IMG/VR virus record: IMGVR_UViG_3300037993_000105
Location: 1 to 55,474 of that record
Direction: 5' to 3' (one strand)
Length of the DNA: 55,474 nucleotides
Origin: a virus
Taxonomy: Duplodnaviria > Caudoviricetes
Every line of letters begins with the position of its first letter. Position 1 is the stretch's first letter. Below, piece by piece: positions 36,498-45,625 of this stretch. The notes beneath the pieces are model-generated. The model was not told the DNA's origin. It made no database searches and saw nothing but the letters and a program-made list of their open reading frames with translations. The position numbers and the translations under genes were made by a program.

Positions 36498-36824
36498 CTA
36501 CCCACAAATAAACTTTTTGCTCTTACCGTCAATCTCCCAATGGCCCGTATGGCCCTGTGCTGGAGTTACGGTCTCGCCTTTCTTTAGCGTGTAATTGCCG
36601 TCGGCAGGAACCACGCCGCCTGCGTGCATCTTACCCATCGAAGGAAATTTTGCATGAACCTTTGCCCGCACCGCTTTCTTTTCCGCGGGGGAGCCATTGC
36701 CGGACACGCGCGACAGTGCGTTGGCCGCATGGCTACGGTCGGGAATCGGGTAAGCTCTGCGCCCCGGAATTGCGAACGTACTCGTCTTCAAACTATTGCG
36801 CTTTGCGCTGGTCAACTTTGCCAT
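36498..36824 (-). CDS. DUF6582-like basic protein
   Basis: L....R..L....FA.P..R.YP..D..HA.NAL.R pattern. Confidence 0.65.
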   Translation of the reverse strand: MAKLTSAKRNSLKTSTFAIPGRRAYPIPDRSHAANALSRVSGNGSPAEKKAVRAKVHAKFPSMGKMHAGGVVPADGNYTLKKGETVTPAQGHTGHWEIDGKSKKFICG

Positions 36825-36831
36825 AAGGCTC

Positions 36832-37152
36832 CTATGCTATAATCAAATTCTTTTGCGGGAGCGGTGTGCAGTCCTTAATCATCCCATTGTCTGCTGCGCG
36901 AACCGCTGCTGCTTCCGCCTGCATCTTCATGATGCGCTGTGCTTGCTCAATGACGAATGACTTCAGAACCATATTCGCAAAGTCTCGTGCAAATTCTTTG
37001 GATGTCTGGTCGAGCACCGCAAGGATGATGGCGTTCTTACGCCAAACCCGTGAGAATCCCTCAACCATTTTCAGGTCGCACTGGGGGATTTGTACTTGCA
37101 TCTCCAGTGGTGCCGGTTGCGGCGCTGGTTGTGCCTGTGTTGGCTCGCTCAT
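36832..37152 (-). CDS. Hypothetical protein (MSEPTQAQ...)
   Basis: GGAGGAGG SD before ATG 37152. Confidence 0.6.
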   Translation of the reverse strand: MSEPTQAQPAPQPAPLEMQVQIPQCDLKMVEGFSRVWRKNAIILAVLDQTSKEFARDFANMVLKSFVIEQAQRIMKMQAEAAAVRAADNGMIKDCTPLPQKNLIIA

Positions 37153-37435
37153 TGTGCCCTCCTCCGTAAGTTTGTTCTTGGAACTCTCGCAGCCGCGCGT
37201 AATCTTCAACGGGCGCAGGCGGCGGCTCGGGCGCGGGCGCAGCAGGTGGTTTTGTATCTGGTATACTTCCGTTCTTCTGAAACTGTGGGAGCGCCGATTC
37301 GGGTATTAGGCCGTCGAGAAATGCACCCCAGATGTTAGCGGCCAACTTAGTAGGCCCGCCAGCATTTTTGTCCCGTCCTAGTTTCATGAACTGGTAAATC
37401 CACTTCTGGCGATACTTTGGTATATATCTTGGCAT
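37061..37435 (-). CDS. Hypothetical protein (MPRYIPKY...)
   Basis: GGAGGAGG SD; 3' end overlaps the next gene. Confidence 0.55.
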   Translation of the reverse strand: MPRYIPKYRQKWIYQFMKLGRDKNAGGPTKLAANIWGAFLDGLIPESALPQFQKNGSIPDTKPPAAPAPEPPPAPVEDYARLREFQEQTYGGGHNERANTGTTSAATGTTGDASTNPPVRPENG

Positions 37436-37522
37436 ACTCCCTCCTCCCAGAAGGTTACCGAATGGTGACATTCGTAAATGTCATCGAACGGTGACATTTG
37501 CAATTCGCGATTCGCGAATGTC

Positions 37523-37855
37523 TTACCACAAATTCTTCAAAGCCCCCATCGCATAAATGCGGTTTTTCTCTTCTTGAAACGGTTTTCCGTGCTGGTGTTT
37601 TGGGTGCCGCTGCCAAACGGCAACATGGCACATTTCATGCAAAAGCACGATTCGCCACCAGCAAGGTTCGCCCTTCAGTGCTGGGTCAAGTTTGATTTCA
37701 AAACAACCATCTCGTACTTCAAACACAGGGCAAGTTACGCCGTCACACTTAGGTGTCGGTTCCCAAAAGAGAACGGTATCTGTTGGAAGGGTGTCACCCC
37801 AGTACTTTTTGTTGAACTTAGCATACCAAGTTCGTAACCGGCGGTCGGACTGCAT
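37523..37855 (-). CDS. SprT-like zinc metalloprotease
   Basis: FN..YW...LP, LLHEMCH......HG..F (HExxH plus third His). Confidence 0.85.
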   Translation of the reverse strand: MQSDRRLRTWYAKFNKKYWGDTLPTDTVLFWEPTPKCDGVTCPVFEVRDGCFEIKLDPALKGEPCWWRIVLLHEMCHVAVWQRHPKHQHGKPFQEEKNRIYAMGALKNLW

Positions 37856-37922
37856 AACCCCTCCAAGAAACTATGGGCACCTATTTTCAAGGTGCCCGCT
37901 GTACGAAACGTCCTTTTGTGCG

Positions 37923-38105
37923 CTACAGTTTCTTCAGTTCAGTCTTGGCATCAGCCTCGGCTGCTGTCAGGTCCGCCCGCAACTTCGTGACTTCCGCCTT
38001 GAAGTCCGCGACCACAGCCTTTAACTCACGCGAGATCAGTCCACGAAACCCGAAGCCCGCGCCGAACAGAATCACTGCCACTGCCAATGCAATAACCAAA
38101 TCCAT
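37923..38105 (-). CDS. Small membrane-anchored coiled-coil protein
   Basis: N-terminal TM then heptad pattern; AAGGAGG SD. Confidence 0.65.
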   Translation of the reverse strand: MDLVIALAVAVILFGAGFGFRGLISRELKAVVADFKAEVTKLRADLTAAEADAKTELKKL

Positions 38106-38114
38106 GTTTCCTCC

Positions 38115-38468
38115 TTACTCATGTTCGGGGGATAGAGACAATCCCGCCGATGTCACCTGTGCTGCGTTGACCGCAGGCACGCCGCTCTGCACCACACCTG
38201 CGACAACTTTGCTGGCGGTGCTGGGCAACGTATTGCCCAACGGTGCGTTGTTACAAATAAGGTCAGTGGCATTTTGAACCGTGCCGTTGACCAACTTCAG
38301 TCCGGGCTTCCCCGGAGGAACTGTGCCGAGTATCGTGCCGGAATCGTACGGGCCGATTGCCGTGCCCGTCTGTGTTCCTGCCAACTGGTACTGTGCCACG
38401 ATGCCATTCGGCTGTTCGCCCGATGCTGCGGCACCGCGTGCTACGAGTGTTGCTCCGTCATTCGCCAT
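38115..38468 (-). CDS. Hypothetical Gly/Thr/Ala-rich, probably structural protein
   Basis: Start MANDG after AAGGAG. Confidence 0.6.
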   Translation of the reverse strand: MANDGATLVARGAAASGEQPNGIVAQYQLAGTQTGTAIGPYDSGTILGTVPPGKPGLKLVNGTVQNATDLICNNAPLGNTLPSTASKVVAGVVQSGVPAVNAAQVTSAGLSLSPEHE

Positions 38469-38476
38469 AAATCTCC

Positions 38477-39943
38477 TTAAACTCTTTTGTGCGTACTCCA
38501 CCAGTTGACAGCCATACCATCTGATGCGTATCTATACGGACTTCCTGCTATAGATTTAATAAATGTCGCTGGCGGGGCTGAAGCGTTGTTTGTGGGCTTT
38601 CCCCACTCGACACTTGAATCGCCCCATTTTGCTTTGTACAAATCTGCCGCATGTCCCTGAATCTGTCCCTGTTTCTTACCGAACTCTCTGGAATAAGACG
38701 AAGAGGCTGTGTTGGCACCGTGCCCGTGCTTCACCTTCACATTTTTAGTGACGGCGAATTGGTATCCTGCGTTGAAAACTCTACGACAATAATCTACATC
38801 GTCGTATCCGTACCCAGCATATCTCTCGTCCAGCATGCCAACTTTTTCTATGACCTCGCGGCGGATCAACACACACACAAAGGCAAGATAGAAACTGCAC
38901 ACGCCCTCTTTGGCACTCGATACATGTTGTAAATAATTCGAGACGCCGCCATCTATCTTCGGGGATAGTACACCGACAGTAGGATTTTTTTTGAGATAGT
39001 CCTGCATCTGTTCGACTGTGTCCGCCTGTAGAAAACGAACATCGTCGTTGCACAGCAGAACATCACCAATGGATTGCTGTATGCCAAGGTTGATGTTTCG
39101 GCTGTATATGAAGGGCTTTATCCCAGAGACTGTTGTCCAGCCTTCGGGCTTGACGATCTCTTCTCCGTCCCGCACTAAAATCTTTCGTACGTTCGGGCAG
39201 AAGCGATTCACGCTGTCCCTACAGTCGTTGAAAATGTCTTTGAACTTGGACGGAACTACAACGGTGAACGAGTTCGGTCCATACAAATCTGGATGCAGTG
39301 CTTGGATTTTGTTCACTAACTCTTGATGTCGGGGCAGTGCCTGTGAGTAAAGTCCATGCTCGTCTGTAGGCTTCGACCTGTAGTGAAACAGGGGCTCACT
39401 TAGCACCGCTAATTTTTTTCCGTGGCTGAGTAAGTCTATCCAGAGGTTCCAATCTTCATAGGCAAACAACTCTGTGTTGTACCCACCTACATCAACCAGC
39501 GCCTGCTTGCGAAACAACGCGCAGCAAGTCAACTTATTACCTGTCAACTCTTCAACCAACGTCGGAATAGTGATGTGCGTTCGACCTGTATGCTGGCCGA
39601 AATAATCAAAGTCAGTGCAAACCGCTGAAATGTCCGGCGTCATCAAAGACATTGTCCGAACAATATATTCTGGTGAAATGGTGTCATCGGCATCAAGCGT
39701 CACTATAAATTCGCCTGTGGCTTCGCGTATGCCTGTGTTGCGTGCAGCGGACGCACCCTTATTGTCTTGGCGTATCACACGCACTGGGTACTTACTGATG
39801 ACCTCCAAAGGATCATCTGTCGAACCGTCATCTACCACAATGACCTCGACGTTACTATACGTCTGGTTCAGTGCGGACTCGATGGCCTGCGCCACATACC
39901 GCCTTGCGTTGTATAAAGGTATGATGACGCTGACTAATTTCAC
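38477..39943 (-). CDS. Glycosyltransferase with two GT2 (GT-A) domains
   Basis: VSVIIPLYN, VVDDGSTD, ARN.G, LDADD, EDW; second domain N.G..LLCNDD..LDERY.GYG.DD.DYC. Confidence 0.92.
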   Translation of the reverse strand: MKLVSVIIPLYNARRYVAQAIESALNQTYSNVEVIVVDDGSTDDPLEVISKYPVRVIRQDNKGASAARNTGIREATGEFIVTLDADDTISPEYIVRTMSLMTPDISAVCTDFDYFGQHTGRTHITIPTLVEELTGNKLTCCALFRKQALVDVGGYNTELFAYEDWNLWIDLLSHGKKLAVLSEPLFHYRSKPTDEHGLYSQALPRHQELVNKIQALHPDLYGPNSFTVVVPSKFKDIFNDCRDSVNRFCPNVRKILVRDGEEIVKPEGWTTVSGIKPFIYSRNINLGIQQSIGDVLLCNDDVRFLQADTVEQMQDYLKKNPTVGVLSPKIDGGVSNYLQHVSSAKEGVCSFYLAFVCVLIRREVIEKVGMLDERYAGYGYDDVDYCRRVFNAGYQFAVTKNVKVKHGHGANTASSSYSREFGKKQGQIQGHAADLYKAKWGDSSVEWGKPTNNASAPPATFIKSIAGSPYRYASDGMAVNWWSTHKRV

Positions 39944-40677
39944 AAATATCTCCTCTTCAATTGTTCGTAAAGGCAGTCAGCCGGATAGCTCGCAGTGCTG
40001 TCGAGTTTCTTTCCCGAGGGAAGAATACCCGCGGCGGCGTTCGGTCCATTGTCCCAGATACTGCCGCGAAGATGAACTGCGTAGGATTTTGTCAAATCCC
40101 ACTTTATTGTGGGGTTCACGATATCTTTGATTCGGTTCCAAGGGACTGGGTCGAACGCGGCTTTCGGCTGAAGGTAACTTGTCATGCCGAATTTTAGGAC
40201 TGAACTTTGTACCAACTTCGGCCCGACATCCTGATAGCCTTTGTTTACGCGGTCAGATACGCTCATGTCCGAAACTGTCTTGAAGCAGTGCTGCATTATG
40301 GGAGCGCCCTTCGGCGTCTTCATGAAGCAACCGCTGACATAAAACTCGTCAACGTTGTCCAACACGAAAGCGTACGGCGTACTTATGTCAAACGGTTTCA
40401 GACAGACAGAATCCATGTCTGCGTGCCAGCCGCCCTCCATCAGCAGCATGGCGTACCGAAAATAATCTGCGAACTGTTCTGGGTGGCGAAAGTTTTGTAT
40501 TTCCGATTGCGGCAGAATCTCTCGCGCATCGTGGATCACCACGCCGTCTGGTATTCCCGTCACGTCGTTGTAGAGGTATAGGTGATAAGGAACACCGTGG
40601 TATAAGTACGAAGAGATGGACAACCTTTCCATCAGGTCGATTGTTTTTTCGGTCCACATACTACGCACTATGTTCAT
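39940..40677 (-). CDS. GT32-like (DxD, alpha-1,4-glycosyltransferase/Och1-like) glycosyltransferase
   Basis: ADYFRY..L...GGW..DMD..CLKP, GP.L; start MNIVR by ATGA overlap. Confidence 0.85.
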   Translation of the reverse strand: MNIVRSMWTEKTIDLMERLSISSYLYHGVPYHLYLYNDVTGIPDGVVIHDAREILPQSEIQNFRHPEQFADYFRYAMLLMEGGWHADMDSVCLKPFDISTPYAFVLDNVDEFYVSGCFMKTPKGAPIMQHCFKTVSDMSVSDRVNKGYQDVGPKLVQSSVLKFGMTSYLQPKAAFDPVPWNRIKDIVNPTIKWDLTKSYAVHLRGSIWDNGPNAAAGILPSGKKLDSTASYPADCLYEQLKRRYL

Positions 40678-41396
40678 TGGCTCTCCTTCCAATGACGCCG
40701 CATTTGATCTGGCGTAAGTGAGTGTATTACTAAGAAGTCGTTTGGTTTTGCTAACTCCGCGTCTGTGATGTACTGGTTCGTTCTCGTGCGCGGCGCGATG
40801 TAATAACGACCATCTATTTCGCCGTAAATCCCTTTGCGGTACAAAGACTCGCCCGCCCATCTGTCTTCCGCCCAACAGCCGGGCGCACTTTCCGACAAAA
40901 CTTTCAGGGCATGCTTACTCAACCAGTAAGCCATTCCCGAACAATAAGTAGTGGTGTTTGCTGTGCGGGACTTCCACCACACAACTGCTGTGGGGTCGGG
41001 CACGGGCACTGGGCCTGTTGAACTGCCGACGTAGTCCGCGGTAGGCACGTTCTGCATGATGCGCTTCCAGTAGGCATACACGTCGTCGTCAATCTTGAGG
41101 AGATAGTCGTAGTCCTTAGCCAGCGCGTATTTGATTACGCCTCGAAGCTTGTCCGCTGAGTGCAGGTAGTCGTCTGGCGCGTCTAAGAACACTTCGTCCG
41201 GCTGGGGTGACCGTCCACTCCCACGCCCGTAGAAGAACTTATAATCGACCGTGACATCCTTCAACCATGTGTCTCGAATCGCGGAGACGCGATCCACAAC
41301 AGGCGGGCGGGTGAACCAATCTCGCGTATCGCTACCGGGCACAATGTATTGGTACTTGTGGCACGTGAATATACCCAGTAGAATTCGCGGCCCCAT
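40674..41396 (-). CDS. GT31/Fringe-like (Galactosyl_T) glycosyltransferase
   Basis: R..AIRDTW, YLLKIDDDVY, YCSG.AY.LS, AED...G. Confidence 0.85.
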   Translation of the reverse strand: MGPRILLGIFTCHKYQYIVPGSDTRDWFTRPPVVDRVSAIRDTWLKDVTVDYKFFYGRGSGRSPQPDEVFLDAPDDYLHSADKLRGVIKYALAKDYDYLLKIDDDVYAYWKRIMQNVPTADYVGSSTGPVPVPDPTAVVWWKSRTANTTTYCSGMAYWLSKHALKVLSESAPGCWAEDRWAGESLYRKGIYGEIDGRYYIAPRTRTNQYITDAELAKPNDFLVIHSLTPDQMRRHWKESQ

Positions 41397-41539
41397 CACC
41401 CCTCCTTCAACTTGTCTTTGATCCATTGTGGCAGCGGTCGACACACGCTGACATCGGGGTAGTTCGGAAAGATCATCCGAAGCAGTTCACGGCTGGTGTC
41501 CAATGGCACCCATCCGTACGGGTTGCGTGTGAAGTCCAT
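41396..41539 (-). CDS. Small hypothetical protein (MDFTRNPYGW...)
   Basis: Stop overlaps the start of the GT31 gene. Confidence 0.5.
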   Translation of the reverse strand: MDFTRNPYGWVPLDTSRELLRMIFPNYPDVSVCRPLPQWIKDKLKEG

Positions 41540-41804
41540 AGCACCACCAGAAAAAACTATGGCCCAACAAGACTGGCATCCTGTTGGGCCTGATGTCACC
41601 GGCGCTCGCGGGGGTTACACGCGAGAGGAGGAGGAGGTCGCCGGTGGTTCTCGATTACCTCTGACTGGGGCTAAGGCCGCGGGCTGTTGGGCTTTGGCGC
41701 ATATCCCTCAGCTTACTGGCAACTCCAATGCTTTGCCTTATCAAAGGTTGATGTAGCTCTGAAATGCCACGTTGCGGTAGTAATCCGACCCCGCTCCCCG
41801 TAGC

Positions 41805-41987
41805 TTAATCCTTACGACAATCTCCATACGGATAGTGACGATATGATGCAAAGCCGTTTTGTTCGGATACTATAACCGTGTCTCCTGCTACCAAAACCTC
41901 TCCGCAATGATTGCAAAGCTGATAGCCGTCGTCGCCCCTTGGATCGCCGGGCGTTTTGAGCACGATTTTGTTGGCTAGGTCATCCAC
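41805..41987 (-). CDS. Small CxxC/H/C protein
   Basis: GGAGGGG SD; CNHC...H...C. Confidence 0.5.
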   Translation of the reverse strand: MDDLANKIVLKTPGDPRGDDGYQLCNHCGEVLVAGDTVIVSEQNGFASYRHYPYGDCRKD

Positions 41988-42149
41988 ATCCCCTCCGAGA
42001 AATTTGACGGTTTTGGTACGGGTTGCCGTCTCCCAGTTGACTGTCGTTTATTTCTTTCCCGCCCCCAATGGGGTATGGGGTCGCCACAGTCTGCGACAAA
42101 CTTTTTCGTCCACCTACAGTACTATAGCCGTTTGGTGACAAAAGTAACA

Positions 42150-42638
42150 CTATTTGTTGTATAATTTTTTCATATATCGACTAAGTCGTTGAAACCTAAC
42201 CCTTTGCGCAGGAGTATGTTTGCGATTTTGGGAACAATACCTAGCCAAAAACCGCCTATCCTTTTGTTCTAAATGGTTGAAAATGCGCTCCCTTTCTTCA
42301 TCTTCAAGGTGTGACATCGCCCGCGCCTCGTGATCGTCCGCGAATACATGTGCGGTAACGTCCCACGGCATAAGTTCTTCAGAATCATCATCTTCCGCGG
42401 CGGCAACCTGTAGAACCATCTGAGAAACTGGTGTTAGTTTTTCTGTGCGAAGCCATGTTTTAGCGAGGGCTCGCGCGGCATTGTAGGCCAATTTCGTGTC
42501 AAATGTACCGCCCTCCAGCAGTTTTACCCAAACGCTTTGGTACAAGTCTTCTCGGATTCCAGTGCTTGCGGGCGCGCCGACGGGCAAAACCTTCCGTATG
42601 CCACGGGCTATTGCCCTGCCGATCTCTTTCTCGTTCAC
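42150..42638 (-). CDS. Divergent ECF/sigma70-like transcription factor
   Basis: REDLYQSVWVKLLE (region 2-like), L...DR.FL region 4-like start; GGAGGG SD with GTG; heads the late arm. Confidence 0.55.
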   Translation of the reverse strand: MNEKEIGRAIARGIRKVLPVGAPASTGIREDLYQSVWVKLLEGGTFDTKLAYNAARALAKTWLRTEKLTPVSQMVLQVAAAEDDDSEELMPWDVTAHVFADDHEARAMSHLEDEERERIFNHLEQKDRRFLARYCSQNRKHTPAQRVRFQRLSRYMKKLYNK

Positions 42639-42653
42639 ATTCCCTCCACTGTC

Positions 42654-42682
42654 AGAATAGCAGCCGTGCGCCTAAAAGTCAA
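42654..42682 (-). promoter_or_regulatory. Sigma70-type promoter (leftward)
   Basis: TTGACT-17 nt-TATTCT. Confidence 0.7.
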
Positions 42683-42710
42683 GCCTTTATTTTCGTGTAA
42701 AATTTTCCTA

Positions 42711-42739
42711 TTGACAGACCCCGCCCCAACTGCTACTAT
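42711..42739 (+). promoter_or_regulatory. Sigma70-type promoter (rightward)
   Basis: TTGACA-17 nt-TACTAT with AT-rich upstream element. Confidence 0.8.
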
Positions 42740-42821
42740 TGGAATGTGAGGAAACCGCGTGCCCCGCGTCTGTGGGGCGACACTCATTACCACACTACAT
42801 GTGAAAAATAAGGAGACCCAA

Positions 42822-43301
42822 ATGGGCGTACAGATCACGAAGAAAGTGTTTGAAATTGCGGATGCAGGGTTACACAACGCGAAGATTGTTCGCACTGAAG
42901 ACCTCGGACCGCAGGAGGGCGGAAAGTGGGGCACAAAAGAGAAAGTTCTCATTGTGTTTGAATGCCTTGACCAGCAAGATGCCGAAGGCAAGAACGTTGA
43001 AGTCTGGGGGCGATTCACGCAGAGCATTGGCGAGAAGTCGATGCTTGGAAAATTGCTCGCAGCTTTGCACATCACCCCCGGTAATACATTCGATACGGAC
43101 GACCTACTCGGTAACCGTGTCCAACTTGTTGTCGTCCACAGCGATGACGGAAAGTATGCCAACATTGAAACCTTCATTCCCTTGAAGGCTGGTAAGACCC
43201 CGGCTCCCACCGCCAAGTCCACAACACCCGCAATACCTGTCCTCGCTAAGCCGACGCTCGCACCGACCGCGCCGGTCGAAGACGAAGACATTCCTTTCTA
43301 G
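42822..43301 (+). CDS. Single-stranded DNA-binding protein-like (OB-fold, DUF669-like)
   Basis: AAGGAG SD; G.H.AKIV..ED.G, YANI; acidic tail EDEDIPF. Confidence 0.7.
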   Translation: MGVQITKKVFEIADAGLHNAKIVRTEDLGPQEGGKWGTKEKVLIVFECLDQQDAEGKNVEVWGRFTQSIGEKSMLGKLLAALHITPGNTFDTDDLLGNRVQLVVVHSDDGKYANIETFIPLKAGKTPAPTAKSTTPAIPVLAKPTLAPTAPVEDEDIPF

Positions 43302-43318
43302 GAAACCCCTTTTGTAGC

Positions 43319-43354
43319 AAAGCCCGCGGGTCGCCAGACTCTGCGGGCTTTTTT
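43319..43354 (+). terminator. Rho-independent terminator
   Basis: AGCCCGCGG...CTGCGGGCT followed by a T run; preceded by an A run (possibly bidirectional). Confidence 0.75.
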
Positions 43355-43368
43355 AGAAAGGCTAAAAG

Positions 43369-45426
43369 ATGAGTTTGAACGAAGAGCTACTGAAGAGCGC
43401 CGAAGACGCTCTATCACGAGGGTTCGCAATATTGACTTGCCTCCCTCACGACAAAGCCCCATGGGCCAGCTACTCGCCTAACGCGTGTCACTCCGCGTCC
43501 CGAGTTCCTGAGATCGCCCTCAAGGCATGGCATGATGGCACTGAGGCCAACTACGGTGTGGGATGCGAGACCAGCGGAATCACGGTACTCGACGCCGACC
43601 ACGGTCTGGCTAATTACGAAGAGTTTGTCGCGTGGCGGACGGAAAACAATCTTCCGCCAACATACACTGTACGTACAGGACGCCGCAAGAACAAGACGAC
43701 CGGCGAGCCTGAGTACGGCATTCAGATGTACTACTCCAAGGCAATTCCCACCACAGCATTCAGTATTGGAAACGTCACTGGTGAGTTGAAGGGCAAGGGT
43801 GGGTATGTTTGCGGGGCCGGAAGTGTTCACCCCGACAGCGGTGAGAAATACGAAATTCTCGAAGACATTGACATTGCCCCGCTACCTGAAGGGCTTCTGA
43901 TTTTTGAAAAGAAGAAACTGGAGTACACGCCGAAATCCGCGGGCGGCGAGCTGATCCCTGCGGGAAGCCGATGGATACACTGTCAAAGCATGGCGGGAAA
44001 ACTCCGCAACATGGGGATGGACCGCGACGGCATTTATGCTGGTCTCAAGAACTTCCTCAAGAACAATTGCGAAGACGGAGAGAACTACCCGGATGACAAG
44101 ATTCAGAATCTCGCCGACGCCGCTGTCACGAAGTTCGACGCCGCAGAACTGACGCCCGTCATCACATTCGGCGGCAGCAACAAAAAGATTGACAACTCGA
44201 TTGCCAACCTCCCCGACGAATTACTCGAAGGTGATTGGATTGGAGAGATGACACACGCTCTGGCTGATGGGACACACATCCCGCCGTCATTCGTGCGCGC
44301 CACAATCAAAGCGGTGCTTGGTGCCTCACTTGATGGCATGGTTGGTTTCCCGCACCACCCCGACCTGCACATGCGCAATTACAGCTTCCTGATCGCCCCC
44401 GGCGACTCTGGTAAGGGTGAGTCTTGGAAGCGCGTCAGTAAATACGGAATGGCAAACTATATTGAGAAGGCTGGTATCTTCATGGGTGACCCCGGATGGT
44501 ATTCGTCCGGAGAGTTCCTTGTCAAGAAGTTCGTCGAGAACGGTCTGGAAGATCGTCGTGTCGTGACGCACTTCGATGAGATGCGTTTGTTGTTCGAAAA
44601 GGGCGCAGGTCAAAACTCAACACTCAATACGAGAATGCTCAATTTGTACGATGGCGCAGAAATATCCGCGGGGAGTTGCACGAACGCAGGCGGGACTGTC
44701 AAGAACGTCAGCGTCACGATCACAGGCGGCTTCACCAAAGAGTCATTCACTCGCGCGCTGAGTGGCAAGGCGCTTGGTGACGACGGCTTCCTGTCACGAT
44801 GCGTGCTGTCCTATGTCGAGAAGCCTGCAAAGGTTGGTGACTGGGATGACATGAACCCCGAGATTGTAAATCCGATACAGCAGAAAATGCTCGACCGCTG
44901 GACAAGTCTTTCTACGATGTTTGGGACGCCCGGCGCGGGACCACATATCCCGACCGAGACCGATGCGGCGAAGGAACTGCGATTGGAATTCGACAAGTGG
45001 CTTCATGCGGAGATGGATGCGGATTCTGAATTCGGGCACCACTTTTGTGGCAGACTCGACTCGCATTTCAAGCGCGATCTTCTACTCCGTACATTATTTT
45101 CTGAAGACCCGAATGTGATTACAGAGGCGCAGGTCAAGAAGGCTGCTGATTGGGCCGCGCACGAACTGATGCTGCGAAGAGAGATATGGCCCGCCGATCA
45201 GGTCAGCCCTGTATCTCAGATGTGCACACTAATTTCGAAGGCGTTCAAGAAAAAAGAGAACATCACCAAGATGCGTGTCATAGATTTTTGCAATGTGAAC
45301 CGCGACGGCACTCATGATGAATTTGGGCGTGCTTGGAAGGCAATGCTGACAAACGGAACGGTGTATTTGGTTGGTAAGACACACAAAAAGACTGATATTT
45401 TTGCGATGAAGGGGGAAAATGATTGA
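43369..45426 (+). CDS. Bifunctional primase-polymerase (Prim-Pol) + PriCT + DUF3987-like helicase
   Basis: K.P, NYGV, VLDAD, TVRTG, GGYV.GAGS.H..G..Y; Walker A APGDSGKGES, Walker B THFDE, DGFLSR. Confidence 0.85.
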   Translation: MSLNEELLKSAEDALSRGFAILTCLPHDKAPWASYSPNACHSASRVPEIALKAWHDGTEANYGVGCETSGITVLDADHGLANYEEFVAWRTENNLPPTYTVRTGRRKNKTTGEPEYGIQMYYSKAIPTTAFSIGNVTGELKGKGGYVCGAGSVHPDSGEKYEILEDIDIAPLPEGLLIFEKKKLEYTPKSAGGELIPAGSRWIHCQSMAGKLRNMGMDRDGIYAGLKNFLKNNCEDGENYPDDKIQNLADAAVTKFDAAELTPVITFGGSNKKIDNSIANLPDELLEGDWIGEMTHALADGTHIPPSFVRATIKAVLGASLDGMVGFPHHPDLHMRNYSFLIAPGDSGKGESWKRVSKYGMANYIEKAGIFMGDPGWYSSGEFLVKKFVENGLEDRRVVTHFDEMRLLFEKGAGQNSTLNTRMLNLYDGAEISAGSCTNAGGTVKNVSVTITGGFTKESFTRALSGKALGDDGFLSRCVLSYVEKPAKVGDWDDMNPEIVNPIQQKMLDRWTSLSTMFGTPGAGPHIPTETDAAKELRLEFDKWLHAEMDADSEFGHHFCGRLDSHFKRDLLLRTLFSEDPNVITEAQVKKAADWAAHELMLRREIWPADQVSPVSQMCTLISKAFKKKENITKMRVIDFCNVNRDGTHDEFGRAWKAMLTNGTVYLVGKTHKKTDIFAMKGEND

Positions 45427-45617
45427 ATCACAGTCACAGTCCTCTATTACACGGACCCCCTAACGTCGACCCAATTTTTTCAATACGTTAGAGTAGGGGT
45501 GTAAGAGAGAGATGACTGTGATTCAGCACCAAAGCACCATAAGTCATTGATTCTAAACAGAAAACGAATCACAGTCGCAATCACAGTCATTCACAGTCAA
45601 TGAAAACAAAGGACTTA
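45427..45617. repeat. Putative replication origin with TCACAGTC iterons
   Basis: Five direct TCACAGTC copies and one inverted copy in the primase-polymerase intergenic gap. Confidence 0.6.
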
Positions 45618-45625
45618 GGAGTAAA

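Noticed and set aside
36832-37435. Small terminase assignment
   Set aside because: No recognisable HTH or TerS motif in these or other ORFs upstream of terL; left unassigned.
45427-45600. CRISPR array
   Set aside because: Repeats are 8-10 bp with irregular spacing; no cas genes or repeat-spacer periodicity noticed anywhere in the window.
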